DNA from: an uncultured Actinomycetota bacterium
GTDB taxonomy: Bacteria > Actinomycetota > Actinomycetes > JAHEKZ01
DNA length: 64,000 nucleotides
Reading direction: 5' to 3'
NCBI GenBank assembly: GCA_963829525.1
Contig: CAWHIJ010000003.1
Location: 2,368,001 to 2,432,000 of the forward strand
The stretch's first letter is position 1; each line of letters opens with the position of its first letter. Positions 21,505 to 30,751 of this stretch are shown here, piece by piece. Both the position numbers and the translations under genes were made by a program. The notes beneath the pieces are model-generated. The model did not search any database. It was not told where the DNA came from and saw nothing but the letters and a program-made list of their open reading frames with translations.

Positions 21505-22278
21505 TCAGCCCGGGAGGCGAAGTTTCCGCGTCGTCGCGACTAGACCGAACCCCAGCGACTCATAGAGCCGTCGGGCCGGGTTGCCTTCGGTGACGGCCAG
21601 CGACACCGACGACTCCCCCGACTCTCGGCAGAGGATGAGCGCGCGGACGAGGAGGGCGCGACCCAGTCCCGCGTAGCGCCGATCTGGGTCGCGAAACAGG
21701 TCGGTGACCCATGGCCCGCCGGTGGGCGCAGCGCCAGGAACCCGGTTGACCATGACCAACCCGACGGGCCGATCATCGTCGAAAACCAGGGCACTCATGT
21801 CCATCAAGGCACCGAGTCGATCGCCGTCGAGCGCGCGCCTGATGTCGCGGACGATGTCGTCATCGCTGCCGAGCTCTTCATCAGGATGGCCGGGCGGGTA
21901 GGCCGATCTGACCAATCCGATGATGTCGCGCGGGATCTCACTGTCGATCATCAGCGGACGCACGTCGTAAACATCCAGCGACGCGATGTCACCAATCCGC
22001 TCACCCCGAGAGGCAAGATCGACGGTCATCAGGGAAAAGTGCCGAGTCGACAAGGCGCCGCACTCGATCAGAGCCGAGGCGAGCGCATCGTCGGTAGTGG
22101 TGAGGTTCCACCCGGCCAGGTCGGTCAGGATGGCATCGACCACGCGCCCCAGATCCGCCGTTGCCTCGAACAGCTCAGCTGAGGGAGGGTCCGCGTCGTA
22201 CCGGTTGAACTGTCCGAGCAGTTCGCTACCGCGCGTCAACTGCTCAACGCGTTGGCTCCTGTCGCTGTCCCCATCCAC
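21505..22278 (-). CDS. GNAT family acetyltransferase
   Basis: RYAGLGRALL, LAVTEGNPARRLYESLGF. Confidence 0.8.
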   Translation of the reverse strand: MDGDSDRSQRVEQLTRGSELLGQFNRYDADPPSAELFEATADLGRVVDAILTDLAGWNLTTTDDALASALIECGALSTRHFSLMTVDLASRGERIGDIASLDVYDVRPLMIDSEIPRDIIGLVRSAYPPGHPDEELGSDDDIVRDIRRALDGDRLGALMDMSALVFDDDRPVGLVMVNRVPGAAPTGGPWVTDLFRDPDRRYAGLGRALLVRALILCRESGESSVSLAVTEGNPARRLYESLGFGLVATTRKLRLPG

Positions 22279-22382
22279 ACACCATGCCTATCGCGTCAGC
22301 CCGCGCTGCGCCATCACAATCTGCAACGGGTCAGGCCGACGGGAGTGTGACCCGCCGCCGCTGATAGCCTCCCGAAGTCCCC

Positions 22383-22454
22383 GCCCCCGTAGCTCAGGGG
22401 ATAGAGCATCGGCCTCCGGAGCCGTGTGCGCAGGTTCGAATCCTGCCGGGGGCA
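22383..22454 (+). tRNA. tRNA-Arg(CCG)
   Basis: GCCCCCG/CGGGGGC acceptor stem, D arm agctcaggggatagagc, anticodon loop ctCCGga, T loop gttcgaa. Confidence 0.95.
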
Positions 22455-22463
22455 CAGTGTGAC

Positions 22464-22502
22464 CGCAGGGGTTCGACGCAGGGATTCGCCGCAGGGGTTC
22501 GA
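22464..22502 (+). repeat. Three tandem 13-bp repeats
   Basis: cgcaggggttcga / cgcagggattcgc / cgcaggggttcga. Confidence 0.75.
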
Positions 22503-22517
22503 CTAGGACAGGGTCAC

Positions 22518-22868
22518 CTAGATGGGTGTTGCTCCCTCGGCCGTGATGAGTATCAGCACGAACCGGCACGGTGTCAGGGCGAGCACGGCGTGGCGTTCGT
22601 TGGGCGCCAGGTAGACCACATCACCAGCTGCCAGGTTGTGACGCTGACCTGCCGCGGTGAAGGTGATGCTTCCTTCCATCACCTGGACAACGACTGGGCG
22701 TGGCGCCGAGTGGTCGGTCAGCTCTTGCCCCGCGTCCATGGCGAAGGACACCACGCGGGCGGCGTCGTTGCTCACGACAGTGCGTGAGGTCGTGGCCTCC
22801 CCCGTGATGGGCAGCTCCGCATGGACGTTCTCGACCACGATGGAATCTGCTACCGCCGTCTTCGTCAT
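22518..22868 (-). CDS. Cupin domain protein
   Basis: FAMDAGQELTDHSAP..QVMEG..AGDVVYLAPNERHAV. Confidence 0.85.
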   Translation of the reverse strand: MTKTAVADSIVVENVHAELPITGEATTSRTVVSNDAARVVSFAMDAGQELTDHSAPRPVVVQVMEGSITFTAAGQRHNLAAGDVVYLAPNERHAVLALTPCRFVLILITAEGATPI

Positions 22869-22942
22869 CGTGGCCTCCGGACCGTTGCAACTCCGGTCCC
22901 GATCCTTTCACACTCCCACGGAGCCGATCGAACTACTGAGAG

Positions 22943-23665
22943 CTACTGCGAAAGAGCCACCTTCAGCTCGTCCGAGGACTCGTATCTGGTCCAGTCGGAT
23001 CCTTTTCGGACGTGGACGCCGCCACGGCCGACGACCTGCCACCGCTCCCCATCCCCGATCATCGCGGTCTGCTCGTCCACGCCGATCAACAGATCCTCGC
23101 CAGGTACCGTGCGCATCATGTGATCCACGAGCCCAGGTGCGAAGCGATCCAGCATGTCCCAGTGCGGACCGAGCCACGCGTGCGGAAAGAGCTCAAGGCC
23201 CTGTCGCCAGAGATCTGGAGAGAAGTCCTCGACGCTGCTGTCCGGAGCCTTACGACCCAGGCATGCCATCCCGGCGCTGCAGCCGATGTAGCCCATACCT
23301 CGGTCCAGCCCACTGACGATGGCCCGCCAAAGTGCGGTGCCCTTGAGTGAGGCGGCCAGGTAGGCCGGGTTACCTCCGGAGAAGTAGACGAGGGACGCCG
23401 TTTCCACCCGCTCGGCGATCGACCTGTCATCAGCATCGGTCCGGTCCCGCACCTCGAGAAGCTCTGCGGTCATATCTGCCTCCGCGAAGTGGGCCAGCCC
23501 CGCCTCCGCCCATCCGCTGAACATCTCATCACCCTCCGGCGCCGACGCCGTGGGCACGATGAGCACCCGGCCATCACCGGTCACTCGATCGAGCAACCAG
23601 GCATCGACCTCGTGCGACCACGGCTGGAACTCACCGGAGCCGAGCAATCCGAACCATCCGCTCAT
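22943..23665 (-). CDS. Peptidase S51 (peptidase E / cyanophycinase-like)
   Basis: LGSGEF, VPTAS, YFSGGNP, GCSAG nucleophile, PHWD. Confidence 0.8.
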   Translation of the reverse strand: MSGWFGLLGSGEFQPWSHEVDAWLLDRVTGDGRVLIVPTASAPEGDEMFSGWAEAGLAHFAEADMTAELLEVRDRTDADDRSIAERVETASLVYFSGGNPAYLAASLKGTALWRAIVSGLDRGMGYIGCSAGMACLGRKAPDSSVEDFSPDLWRQGLELFPHAWLGPHWDMLDRFAPGLVDHMMRTVPGEDLLIGVDEQTAMIGDGERWQVVGRGGVHVRKGSDWTRYESSDELKVALSQ

Positions 23666-23755
23666 TCGCTCATCCATTCTGCGCATCGGAGGGACTGCCG
23701 TGCCATGGCAGGGCTCCACTGATCCTCACCGAAAGAGGCGGCCAACCAAGCCATC

Positions 23756-24811
23756 ATGGTGATCAGCCCGTCGGGAGCGAAGGTACCGCCACACCAGGGA
23801 ACCGGCAGAGATCGATCAAGGAAGATGCCCGAGGCGTCGATATCTGGACTGACCCCGACGACGCCAACCTCTGGACTCGGCATGTATCCACCCGATGACT
23901 CCCCCTGTTGGGATGGCACGTGGACGCCCGTCGCACCCCTGGTGGACCTCTGGGCCCAGAGCGCACTTGCGCGGACCGCCGCTGTTCTCCCGCCGCTACA
24001 CCCTTGGCGGATGGAGGACGACACCAGTTCGCACCACGCGCTGCTGTGGGCCGGGGCCCCCATGGCGACACCGACCTCCAACTCTGACGCCAAGGATGGA
24101 GGAGTCGCGGTATTCGTGCAGACCGCACCTGCGCCATCTCTTCCTCTGGGCGACACTGAACCCGACATCGATCCGTTCAGCGACGCAGTGATGGCTATGG
24201 CAGCCGTAGCGAGGATCGATGACCCCCAGTTGCGCGCCGAAGGATCCAACGAGTTCATACCCCTCGACCATGGGGTACGGCGCTGGGTGGGAGGAATGGC
24301 GAAGCTCGTTGGTGCGTGGCTGCCAGACCTGGTGATCTTGCCGCGGCGGCCCGGCGACATCAACGGTCATGACACCGACTGGGAGACGGAGTCCTTGGCG
24401 TTTGCGTCACAACACTCTGTTCATACCTCAGATGTCCGGTTTGCATCCGATGTCCTGGCACCACATGTGATGGCGCTGATCTTGGACGGCGTCCCAGATG
24501 ACGCTGCCGTTACCGTGTCAGGAAACGCAATCCATGTCTGGTGGGAGTACACCCCAGACAGTCGCCTCGACCTGCGGCGGGCGCGCCACACAGTCGACAC
24601 AGCTTTCCAGATCCGGCATGCCCTTCCGTCCTTCGTCCTTGCGGCGTACCCCGACCACTCTGACCAGGTTGAGCAACGCCTCGCCCAACGTGCCGCTGAG
24701 GGGGCTGCCTACCGCGCCGCACGGGTTGCGGGGCACGCCAGTGACCCCACCCTGCAGCGCATCTACTCTCAGGCTCAGGCGACCTATGAGCTCGGTCAGC
24801 GACCCGAGTAG
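23756..24811 (+). CDS. Hypothetical protein (start possibly 23882)
   Basis: Long ORF filling the gap. ESLAF...DVRFASDVLAPHVM recalls DUF3137-type actinobacterial proteins (weak). Confidence 0.55.
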   Translation: MVISPSGAKVPPHQGTGRDRSRKMPEASISGLTPTTPTSGLGMYPPDDSPCWDGTWTPVAPLVDLWAQSALARTAAVLPPLHPWRMEDDTSSHHALLWAGAPMATPTSNSDAKDGGVAVFVQTAPAPSLPLGDTEPDIDPFSDAVMAMAAVARIDDPQLRAEGSNEFIPLDHGVRRWVGGMAKLVGAWLPDLVILPRRPGDINGHDTDWETESLAFASQHSVHTSDVRFASDVLAPHVMALILDGVPDDAAVTVSGNAIHVWWEYTPDSRLDLRRARHTVDTAFQIRHALPSFVLAAYPDHSDQVEQRLAQRAAEGAAYRAARVAGHASDPTLQRIYSQAQATYELGQRPE

Positions 24812-24882
24812 TCCGCGTGGGGGAGCAACCTCCACCACGTCAGCAAGCACTGTTGCCTTGCGGCCCCTTCTATCCTGACAAG

Positions 24883-25794
24883 GTGCTGACATCAGAGGCG
24901 GACGGCTCCCTCAGGCGACAACTGGATGAACGTCCAGTGCTGCTCGACGGTGGGCTTGCCACGACGCTCGAGCTCCTTGGCTACGACATCTCTGGCGACC
25001 TCTGGTCAGCGCAATTACTGCTGGATCAACCCGCAGCCATCGTCGCGGCGCACAGTGCTTTCTTCGCCGCTGGCGCAGAGGTTGCAACAACCGCGTCCTA
25101 CCAGGCAACCTTCGGTGGCTTCGCTGCGCACGGCATCGACCGTCGTCAGACCGCCAAGCTGATGCGGAGGAGCGTCGACCTGGCCCGCGAGGCGTGCGCA
25201 CAGGTGACCGGCCGGCGTACCTGGGTTGCCGCATCCGTCGGACCATACGGTGCGATGCTTGCCGACGGATCGGAGTACCACGGGCAGTACGGGCTGAGCG
25301 TCGCGCAGCTGCGCGAGTTCCACCGGCCGCGCATCGAGGTCCTCGCGGCGGCGGGCGCCGACCTCCTGGCATTTGAGACGCTCCCCTGCGCGGCAGAGGT
25401 GGAGGCGGTGCTCAGTGAGATCGACGAGAGCGGGGTTGAATGCTGGGTTTCGGTGTCGATCGACGGAGCACGGACGAGAGCGGGCGAACCACTCGACGAT
25501 GTCTTTGCGATGGCAGCTGATGTGTCCAGCGTTCTCGCACTGGGCGTCAACTGCTCCACCCCCAGTGATGCCACTGCAGCAGTGGGTGTGGCCGCACACA
25601 CGGGCAAGCCGGTGGTCATCTACCCCAACAGCGGAGAGGGTTGGGATGCTGAGAACCGGAGATGGGTTGCTGCTGACACCGCTCCGCACTTCCCGGTCGA
25701 ACGGTGGTTAGCAGAAGGCGCCCGGCTCGTTGGAGGTTGCTGCCGCGTCACGCCTGCTGACATCTCGGCCATGGCCGTCCAGCTCGGCCAGTAA
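24883..25794 (+). CDS. mmuM: Homocysteine S-methyltransferase
   Basis: LLDGGLAT, LWSA, ASVGPYGA..DGSEY, GVNC, YPNSGE, VGGCC zinc ligands; TATCCT 6 nt before the GTG. Confidence 0.92.
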   Translation: MLTSEADGSLRRQLDERPVLLDGGLATTLELLGYDISGDLWSAQLLLDQPAAIVAAHSAFFAAGAEVATTASYQATFGGFAAHGIDRRQTAKLMRRSVDLAREACAQVTGRRTWVAASVGPYGAMLADGSEYHGQYGLSVAQLREFHRPRIEVLAAAGADLLAFETLPCAAEVEAVLSEIDESGVECWVSVSIDGARTRAGEPLDDVFAMAADVSSVLALGVNCSTPSDATAAVGVAAHTGKPVVIYPNSGEGWDAENRRWVAADTAPHFPVERWLAEGARLVGGCCRVTPADISAMAVQLGQ

Positions 25795-25804
25795 TGTCGC
25801 CTGC

Positions 25805-26218
25805 GTGAAACAAGTCTCGATACGTGTGCGCTGGGCAGACATGGACGCCTACCAACACGTCAACAACGCTGTTTACCTCAACTACCTCGAAGAGGCTCGC
25901 GACACCGTCATGGTTGGCCTCTTCGGACCCGAGGCGCTCGACTTCGTTCTCGCCCACGTCGACATCGACTTCCGGAATGAGGTCACCCAAGACGACGGCG
26001 AAGTCACTGTGCTGAGCCGGGTGGTCGGCTATGGACGGTCGAGCGTGCGTAGCCGAGAGGTCGTCCGCAAACCTGATGGGTCGCTAGCGGCTGAAGGTGG
26101 CGCCGTCGTCGTTCCACGCGACAACACCACAGGACGCTCGCGGCCCCTGACCAACGCCGAGATCGTTCTCATCGACGCCGAGCTCGCCGCCGACCAGGCC
26201 GCCGGCATCAGCTTCTGA
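25805..26218 (+). CDS. Acyl-CoA thioesterase (hotdog fold, 4HBT-like)
   Basis: RWADMDAYQHVNNAVYLNYLEEAR. Confidence 0.88.
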   Translation: MKQVSIRVRWADMDAYQHVNNAVYLNYLEEARDTVMVGLFGPEALDFVLAHVDIDFRNEVTQDDGEVTVLSRVVGYGRSSVRSREVVRKPDGSLAAEGGAVVVPRDNTTGRSRPLTNAEIVLIDAELAADQAAGISF

Positions 26219-26258
26219 CCTCTCTCAGGGCGTCGATCACGTTACGTGGTGGACCCGC

Positions 26259-27437
26259 TCAGGCTGCCGGCACTTGGCGCGGGAAAGCCAACAGGCCATT
26301 GACGCCGCGCTTGGCGATCTCGTTGCCGATGATGAGTCGCTGGATCTCCGAGGTGCCTTCCCATACGCGGTCGACCCGCAGCTCGCGGTAAAGCCGCTCC
26401 ACCGCGAAGTCCCGCATGTAGCCGCGTCCGCCGTGGATCTGCACGGCCCTGTCGACGACCCGGCCGGCAGCCTCTGACGCGGCAAGCTTCACGACGGCCG
26501 CCTTGGCATGAAGTGTTTTTCGGTCCAGCACGCCTGAGTCGATCTCGCAACCGACCTGGTAGACCAACGTCCGCGCACCGGTCGTGTCCACGATCATGTC
26601 AGCGAGCATCGCCTGAATCAGCTGGTGGCTCACCAATGCACCACCGCCCTGGATCCGGCTTGTTGCGAAGTCGACGGACTCCTCGATCGCGCGGGTCGCG
26701 GCACCGACGGTCCGGGCACCAATCATCAGACGCTCCTCCACGAACCAATCGCGGATGAGGTCATACCCCTGCCCAATCTCGCCAAGCACCTGCTCCGGCC
26801 CGACCTCGACGTTGTCGTAGGTGAACTCGGGGTGTTCGTAGACGAAGGTGTGCGTGTACTTCGGCGTGCGCTTGATTGACAGCCCCGGCGCGTCTCTGTC
26901 GACGATGAAGAGGGTCGGCTGCTCGTCGACCCACGCAAGCGTCAAGATGAAGTCAGCGACATCTCCGACCGTGACGAACCACTTCTCACCATTAATGATG
27001 AAACGGTCACCTTGGCGCTTGGCTGTCGTGCTCATCGCCAGCGGGTCGGATCCGGCGAACTCCTCGGTGACCGCGATGGCATCGCGCTTCTCACCCCGGA
27101 TCCCCGGGAGCAGGTAGCGCTCACGCTGCTCTGGGGTGCAGGCCTTGAGCGCGTTGGCTGGGCGCCACACGGTGTCCCACAACGCGTTCGTCAGCCGGCC
27201 AAGACCCTCGTGATAGAGGATCTGCTCCATCGTGGTCAGGCCGGCCCCTCCCCACTCGCGAGGCATGTTGACCGCCTGCAGGTCGGCGTCAAGGACGGCC
27301 TGCCGGATCGTGGCGTGTGCCTCAGGCGTCAGGCCGTTGTTCATTTCACACTCAAGCTCGTAAGGCTTGATGAAGTCGCAGAGCTCGCGGACCCGGGCGA
27401 TGAGTAGCTGCTGCTCCGGCGTGTAGCTGAAGTCCAT
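26259..27437 (-). CDS. Acyl-CoA dehydrogenase family protein
   Basis: AVTEEFAGSD, INGEKWF, QIHGGRGY, RVWEGTSEIQR. Confidence 0.92.
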   Translation of the reverse strand: MDFSYTPEQQLLIARVRELCDFIKPYELECEMNNGLTPEAHATIRQAVLDADLQAVNMPREWGGAGLTTMEQILYHEGLGRLTNALWDTVWRPANALKACTPEQRERYLLPGIRGEKRDAIAVTEEFAGSDPLAMSTTAKRQGDRFIINGEKWFVTVGDVADFILTLAWVDEQPTLFIVDRDAPGLSIKRTPKYTHTFVYEHPEFTYDNVEVGPEQVLGEIGQGYDLIRDWFVEERLMIGARTVGAATRAIEESVDFATSRIQGGGALVSHQLIQAMLADMIVDTTGARTLVYQVGCEIDSGVLDRKTLHAKAAVVKLAASEAAGRVVDRAVQIHGGRGYMRDFAVERLYRELRVDRVWEGTSEIQRLIIGNEIAKRGVNGLLAFPRQVPAA

Positions 27438-27443
27438 GACTGG

Positions 27444-29543
27444 CTAGTTCCCCTCGGCTTCAATCTCGACGTCGCGTACGGCGATCGCCCTGGCATCAAG
27501 TGCCACCGCTCCGTGTGCGGTGACCAGTAGCGGATTGACCTCGAAGTCGGCGATCTCCGGATGGGCACACGCAAACAGAGTTATTGCGGCGATCTGCTCC
27601 GAGGCCGCGGCGATGTCTACGGCCGGGCGTCCACGCACCCCGTCCAGCAATGCCGACGTACGCAGCCTCCGAAGAAGATCGGTGGCCCGTGACGCGTCAA
27701 TGGGAGCCAACGAGGTCGCGACGTCGTCGAGCACCTCGGTGAGGATCCCACCACCGCCCACCATGGCAACGGGTCCGAACCGCTCGTCCCTACGAACGCC
27801 AACGATCAGCTCGACACCTTCGCTGGTGTCGACCATCTGCTCAATCGTGACGGCCGGAGGGGTGAGCCGGAGAACCATGGCCCGGTACTCACTGCGAAGC
27901 TCATCGGCATCGGCGATAGCGAGTCTGACTCCGCCGACATCGGTCTTGTGCAGCAAGCCCATTGCTTTGAGTACGACCGGATATTCGATAGATGCGAGCG
28001 CGTACTCGAACTCTGCATCGGACGTGACCAGGTGCGCCTGGGGGAAACTGACCCCGGCCTCGACCAGCGCAGCACGGACCTCCCAGTAGCCGAAAGCGGG
28101 CAAAGGCGGTTCTGGCTGCGGAATCGGCTCCAGCCCGACCGGCGTAACACCAGCCGTCTCACCGAGCGCGATCAGCGCTCCCTCGATCGTGCGGTAGACC
28201 GGGACACCGCGCCCGCGTAGCTCGGTGGCCGCCGACCCCTGCGGGAACATCGAGTGAACGACCAGGGGGCGCCCCGACTCAGACACCGCATCGGCAAGCG
28301 CACCCGCGGTCTCCACCTCGAGCTCGGCCAGTGCTTCACCGTACTGCTCGTAGCCACCGAAGTATCCGCTCACGACCATCGCGTCGACCTCACCGCTAGT
28401 GAGTACCGACCGCACGACTCGACCAAAGCACGACAGGTCCTGCTCCCCCCCGCCGGCCACATCGATCGGATTCACGCTGGTCGCAGCCGCTGGAAGCTCG
28501 GCTGCAACGGTCGTCGCGAGCTCCTGGCTGAAGTGCACCACGCGCAAACCGACAGACTCCGCCACGTCTGCCGCGATCGACGCATGGCCGCCGCCATCGG
28601 TGATGATCGCCACCCTGCGCCCGCTTGCGATCGGGCTCTCCCGGAGGAGCGCAACGGCGTCCACCATCTGCGAAGGTGTGTTGACGCGCACAATTCCACC
28701 GGCCGCACATGCGGCGTCCACCACATCCGACGACGACACCAACGAGGCAGTGTGCGAGGACGCCTGACGGGCAGATGCCTCGCTGGCGCCGACGGTCAAG
28801 AGCACGACGGCCTTGCCCGCATCGCGCGCATCAAGCGCAGCCTGCGCGAAGCGCCTACCGTCGCGGAAGTCTTCGCAGTAGACCGCGATCACCTTCGTGC
28901 TGTCGTGCGAAACGGTCGCCTCGACCAGATCCGCGGCGTCGAGATGAGCTTGGTTGCCCAGGCTGGCAAAGCGCGAGAACCCCAGACCATAGTCATCGAG
29001 CAGCTGGGCCAGCTCGAGCGAGAGGTTCCCGCTCTGCGAGATGAAGGCAACGTCCCCTGGCTGCAGGGGGTTCGATGTGAGGGAGAGCCCCGCTGCAGCG
29101 TCAGACACTCCCAGGCAGTTTGGCCCCAGCAGCACAGCACCAGCTGCCCGGACTCGCTCGACAACGGCCTGCTCGCGCGCTCTCCCCTCGGGTCCGGTCT
29201 CACCGAGACCCGCGCTGATGCCAACAATGGCGCGGGCACCAGCAGCCAGCGCGTCGTCTACGGCGGCCTCAAATGCCGAGGCGGGGACAGCAACCACCGC
29301 AAGGTCGGCGGTGAGCCCGGCCTTCACGAGCGACGGTACTGCGGGGCGGTCGAGTACGACGTCGGTGCGGGCGTTGACGAGGTGAACAGGCACTGGTCCT
29401 GCGAGCGCCCCCTTGGCGACCCAGTTGCCCCACTTGCGTATGTCGTCGCTCGCGCCGATGACCGCGACGCTCTTCGGTGCGAAGAGCGCCTCCAACGCGT
29501 CCGCGTTTGGTGGCCCGGGATCGACCGCGGGTCGCCGCTCCAT
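27444..29543 (-). CDS. NDP-forming acyl-CoA synthetase (acetate--CoA ligase family, fused subunits)
   Basis: PKSVAVIGAS, GPNCLG, SQSGN, SHTASL (phospho-His), HKTDVGGV, EVNPL. Confidence 0.9.
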   Translation of the reverse strand: MERRPAVDPGPPNADALEALFAPKSVAVIGASDDIRKWGNWVAKGALAGPVPVHLVNARTDVVLDRPAVPSLVKAGLTADLAVVAVPASAFEAAVDDALAAGARAIVGISAGLGETGPEGRAREQAVVERVRAAGAVLLGPNCLGVSDAAAGLSLTSNPLQPGDVAFISQSGNLSLELAQLLDDYGLGFSRFASLGNQAHLDAADLVEATVSHDSTKVIAVYCEDFRDGRRFAQAALDARDAGKAVVLLTVGASEASARQASSHTASLVSSSDVVDAACAAGGIVRVNTPSQMVDAVALLRESPIASGRRVAIITDGGGHASIAADVAESVGLRVVHFSQELATTVAAELPAAATSVNPIDVAGGGEQDLSCFGRVVRSVLTSGEVDAMVVSGYFGGYEQYGEALAELEVETAGALADAVSESGRPLVVHSMFPQGSAATELRGRGVPVYRTIEGALIALGETAGVTPVGLEPIPQPEPPLPAFGYWEVRAALVEAGVSFPQAHLVTSDAEFEYALASIEYPVVLKAMGLLHKTDVGGVRLAIADADELRSEYRAMVLRLTPPAVTIEQMVDTSEGVELIVGVRRDERFGPVAMVGGGGILTEVLDDVATSLAPIDASRATDLLRRLRTSALLDGVRGRPAVDIAAASEQIAAITLFACAHPEIADFEVNPLLVTAHGAVALDARAIAVRDVEIEAEGN

Positions 29544-30751
29544 CAGCGGGCCACCGCCGCTGACTTGACCGACGTCGGGTAGTGCTCGGCGACGGCTGCT
29601 CGCTTCTCCTCCGAGATCGCAGTGGCCGCCTCACGCGGAGAGATCGCCTCGCGGCGTGCCCGTGTCAGAAGCTGAAGGGTCAGCGGACGTAGGACGCCGC
29701 TGATCTTGGCGAACGAGGCTTCTGCCGTCGGTTCAATGTCAGCGAACGCCACCCACCACCACCAGGCGTTTGTCCCGACGTTGGCCACGAAGTCCGGCAC
29801 CACGGTGACGCCACGCTTGGTCAGGACGGCCTCGGCCTCCGGCATCGTCGCGACGTTGGCAGCTTCGCAGATGATGCTGGCCTTCACGCGGTCGACGTTG
29901 GCAGCAGTGATCACGTACGACATGGCAGCGGGCACCAGAACGTCGGCATCCACATCGAGCCAGTCGTCCCCAGGACGCAGCTCATCACCCGGCTGGAGCT
30001 GGTTGCGGTCGATGACGCCGAACACATCGCGGCTCGTAAGCAGTTCCTCAACGTCCAAGCCTTCGGGGTTGTAGACCAGTCCCTCCTTGTCGGAGATGCC
30101 AACGACACGCACGCCGGCGGCAGCCAGGTAGCGCGCAGTAGCGCCGCCCATCGAGCCGAAGCCCTGCACCACTGCGGTCGCAGAGGCCGGTGCGAGCCCA
30201 CGAAACTCCAGCGCGGCCAGAGCAGTCTCGGCGACGCCGAAGCCGCCGACCAGCTCGCCGAGGCCGACTCCATGAACGGTCTTCGCGAACGCGACCTTCA
30301 GGCGTTCGTGGGCTGCGTCGGCGCCGTCATCGACTAGACCCAGCGCGGACTCGGCCGATGACCGGATGCCCTCTTCAGCGAAGACCTCGTCCATCACGTC
30401 CTGGCGAACCCCGAAATCCTCACCGGTGGCGAAGAGCGCCTCGATCAGCGGCTTCATCGCACGGCCGAACCGGGCGAGCACCTCGCGTGCTCGTGGGTCG
30501 TACGGGTCGCAGTCAATGCCACCCTTGGCGCCTCCCAAAGGGATGTACCGATCGCCCGGCGTGTAGACAACGGCCTCTTTCAGAGTCATCGCCTGTGCCA
30601 GATCGCGCACCTCGTCCAGGGTGACGCCGTCACGCATACGCAGGCCGCCCCCGGCAACGCCCCGGCTCAGGGTGTCGATGACGACGTAGCCCTTGATGCC
30701 GGTGACCTCGTCAGTCCAGGTCAGCTCGAGGTAGGAATCGTGGGTGCTCAA
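29543..30751 (-). CDS. Glu/Leu/Phe/Val dehydrogenase family protein
   Basis: GGLRM, MTLK, GGAKGGI, TGEDFG, QGFGSMG, EAAN, PDFVAN. Confidence 0.88.
   Translation of the reverse strand: MSTHDSYLELTWTDEVTGIKGYVVIDTLSRGVAGGGLRMRDGVTLDEVRDLAQAMTLKEAVVYTPGDRYIPLGGAKGGIDCDPYDPRAREVLARFGRAMKPLIEALFATGEDFGVRQDVMDEVFAEEGIRSSAESALGLVDDGADAAHERLKVAFAKTVHGVGLGELVGGFGVAETALAALEFRGLAPASATAVVQGFGSMGGATARYLAAAGVRVVGISDKEGLVYNPEGLDVEELLTSRDVFGVIDRNQLQPGDELRPGDDWLDVDADVLVPAAMSYVITAANVDRVKASIICEAANVATMPEAEAVLTKRGVTVVPDFVANVGTNAWWWWVAFADIEPTAEASFAKISGVLRPLTLQLLTRARREAISPREAATAISEEKRAAVAEHYPTSVKSAAVAR

Noticed and set aside
28254-29582. Long antisense or alternative-frame ORFs (also 35915-37162, 50795-52015, 7509-8528)
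   Set aside because: They shadow well-supported genes, have no motifs, and are expected from stop-codon scarcity in high-GC DNA.
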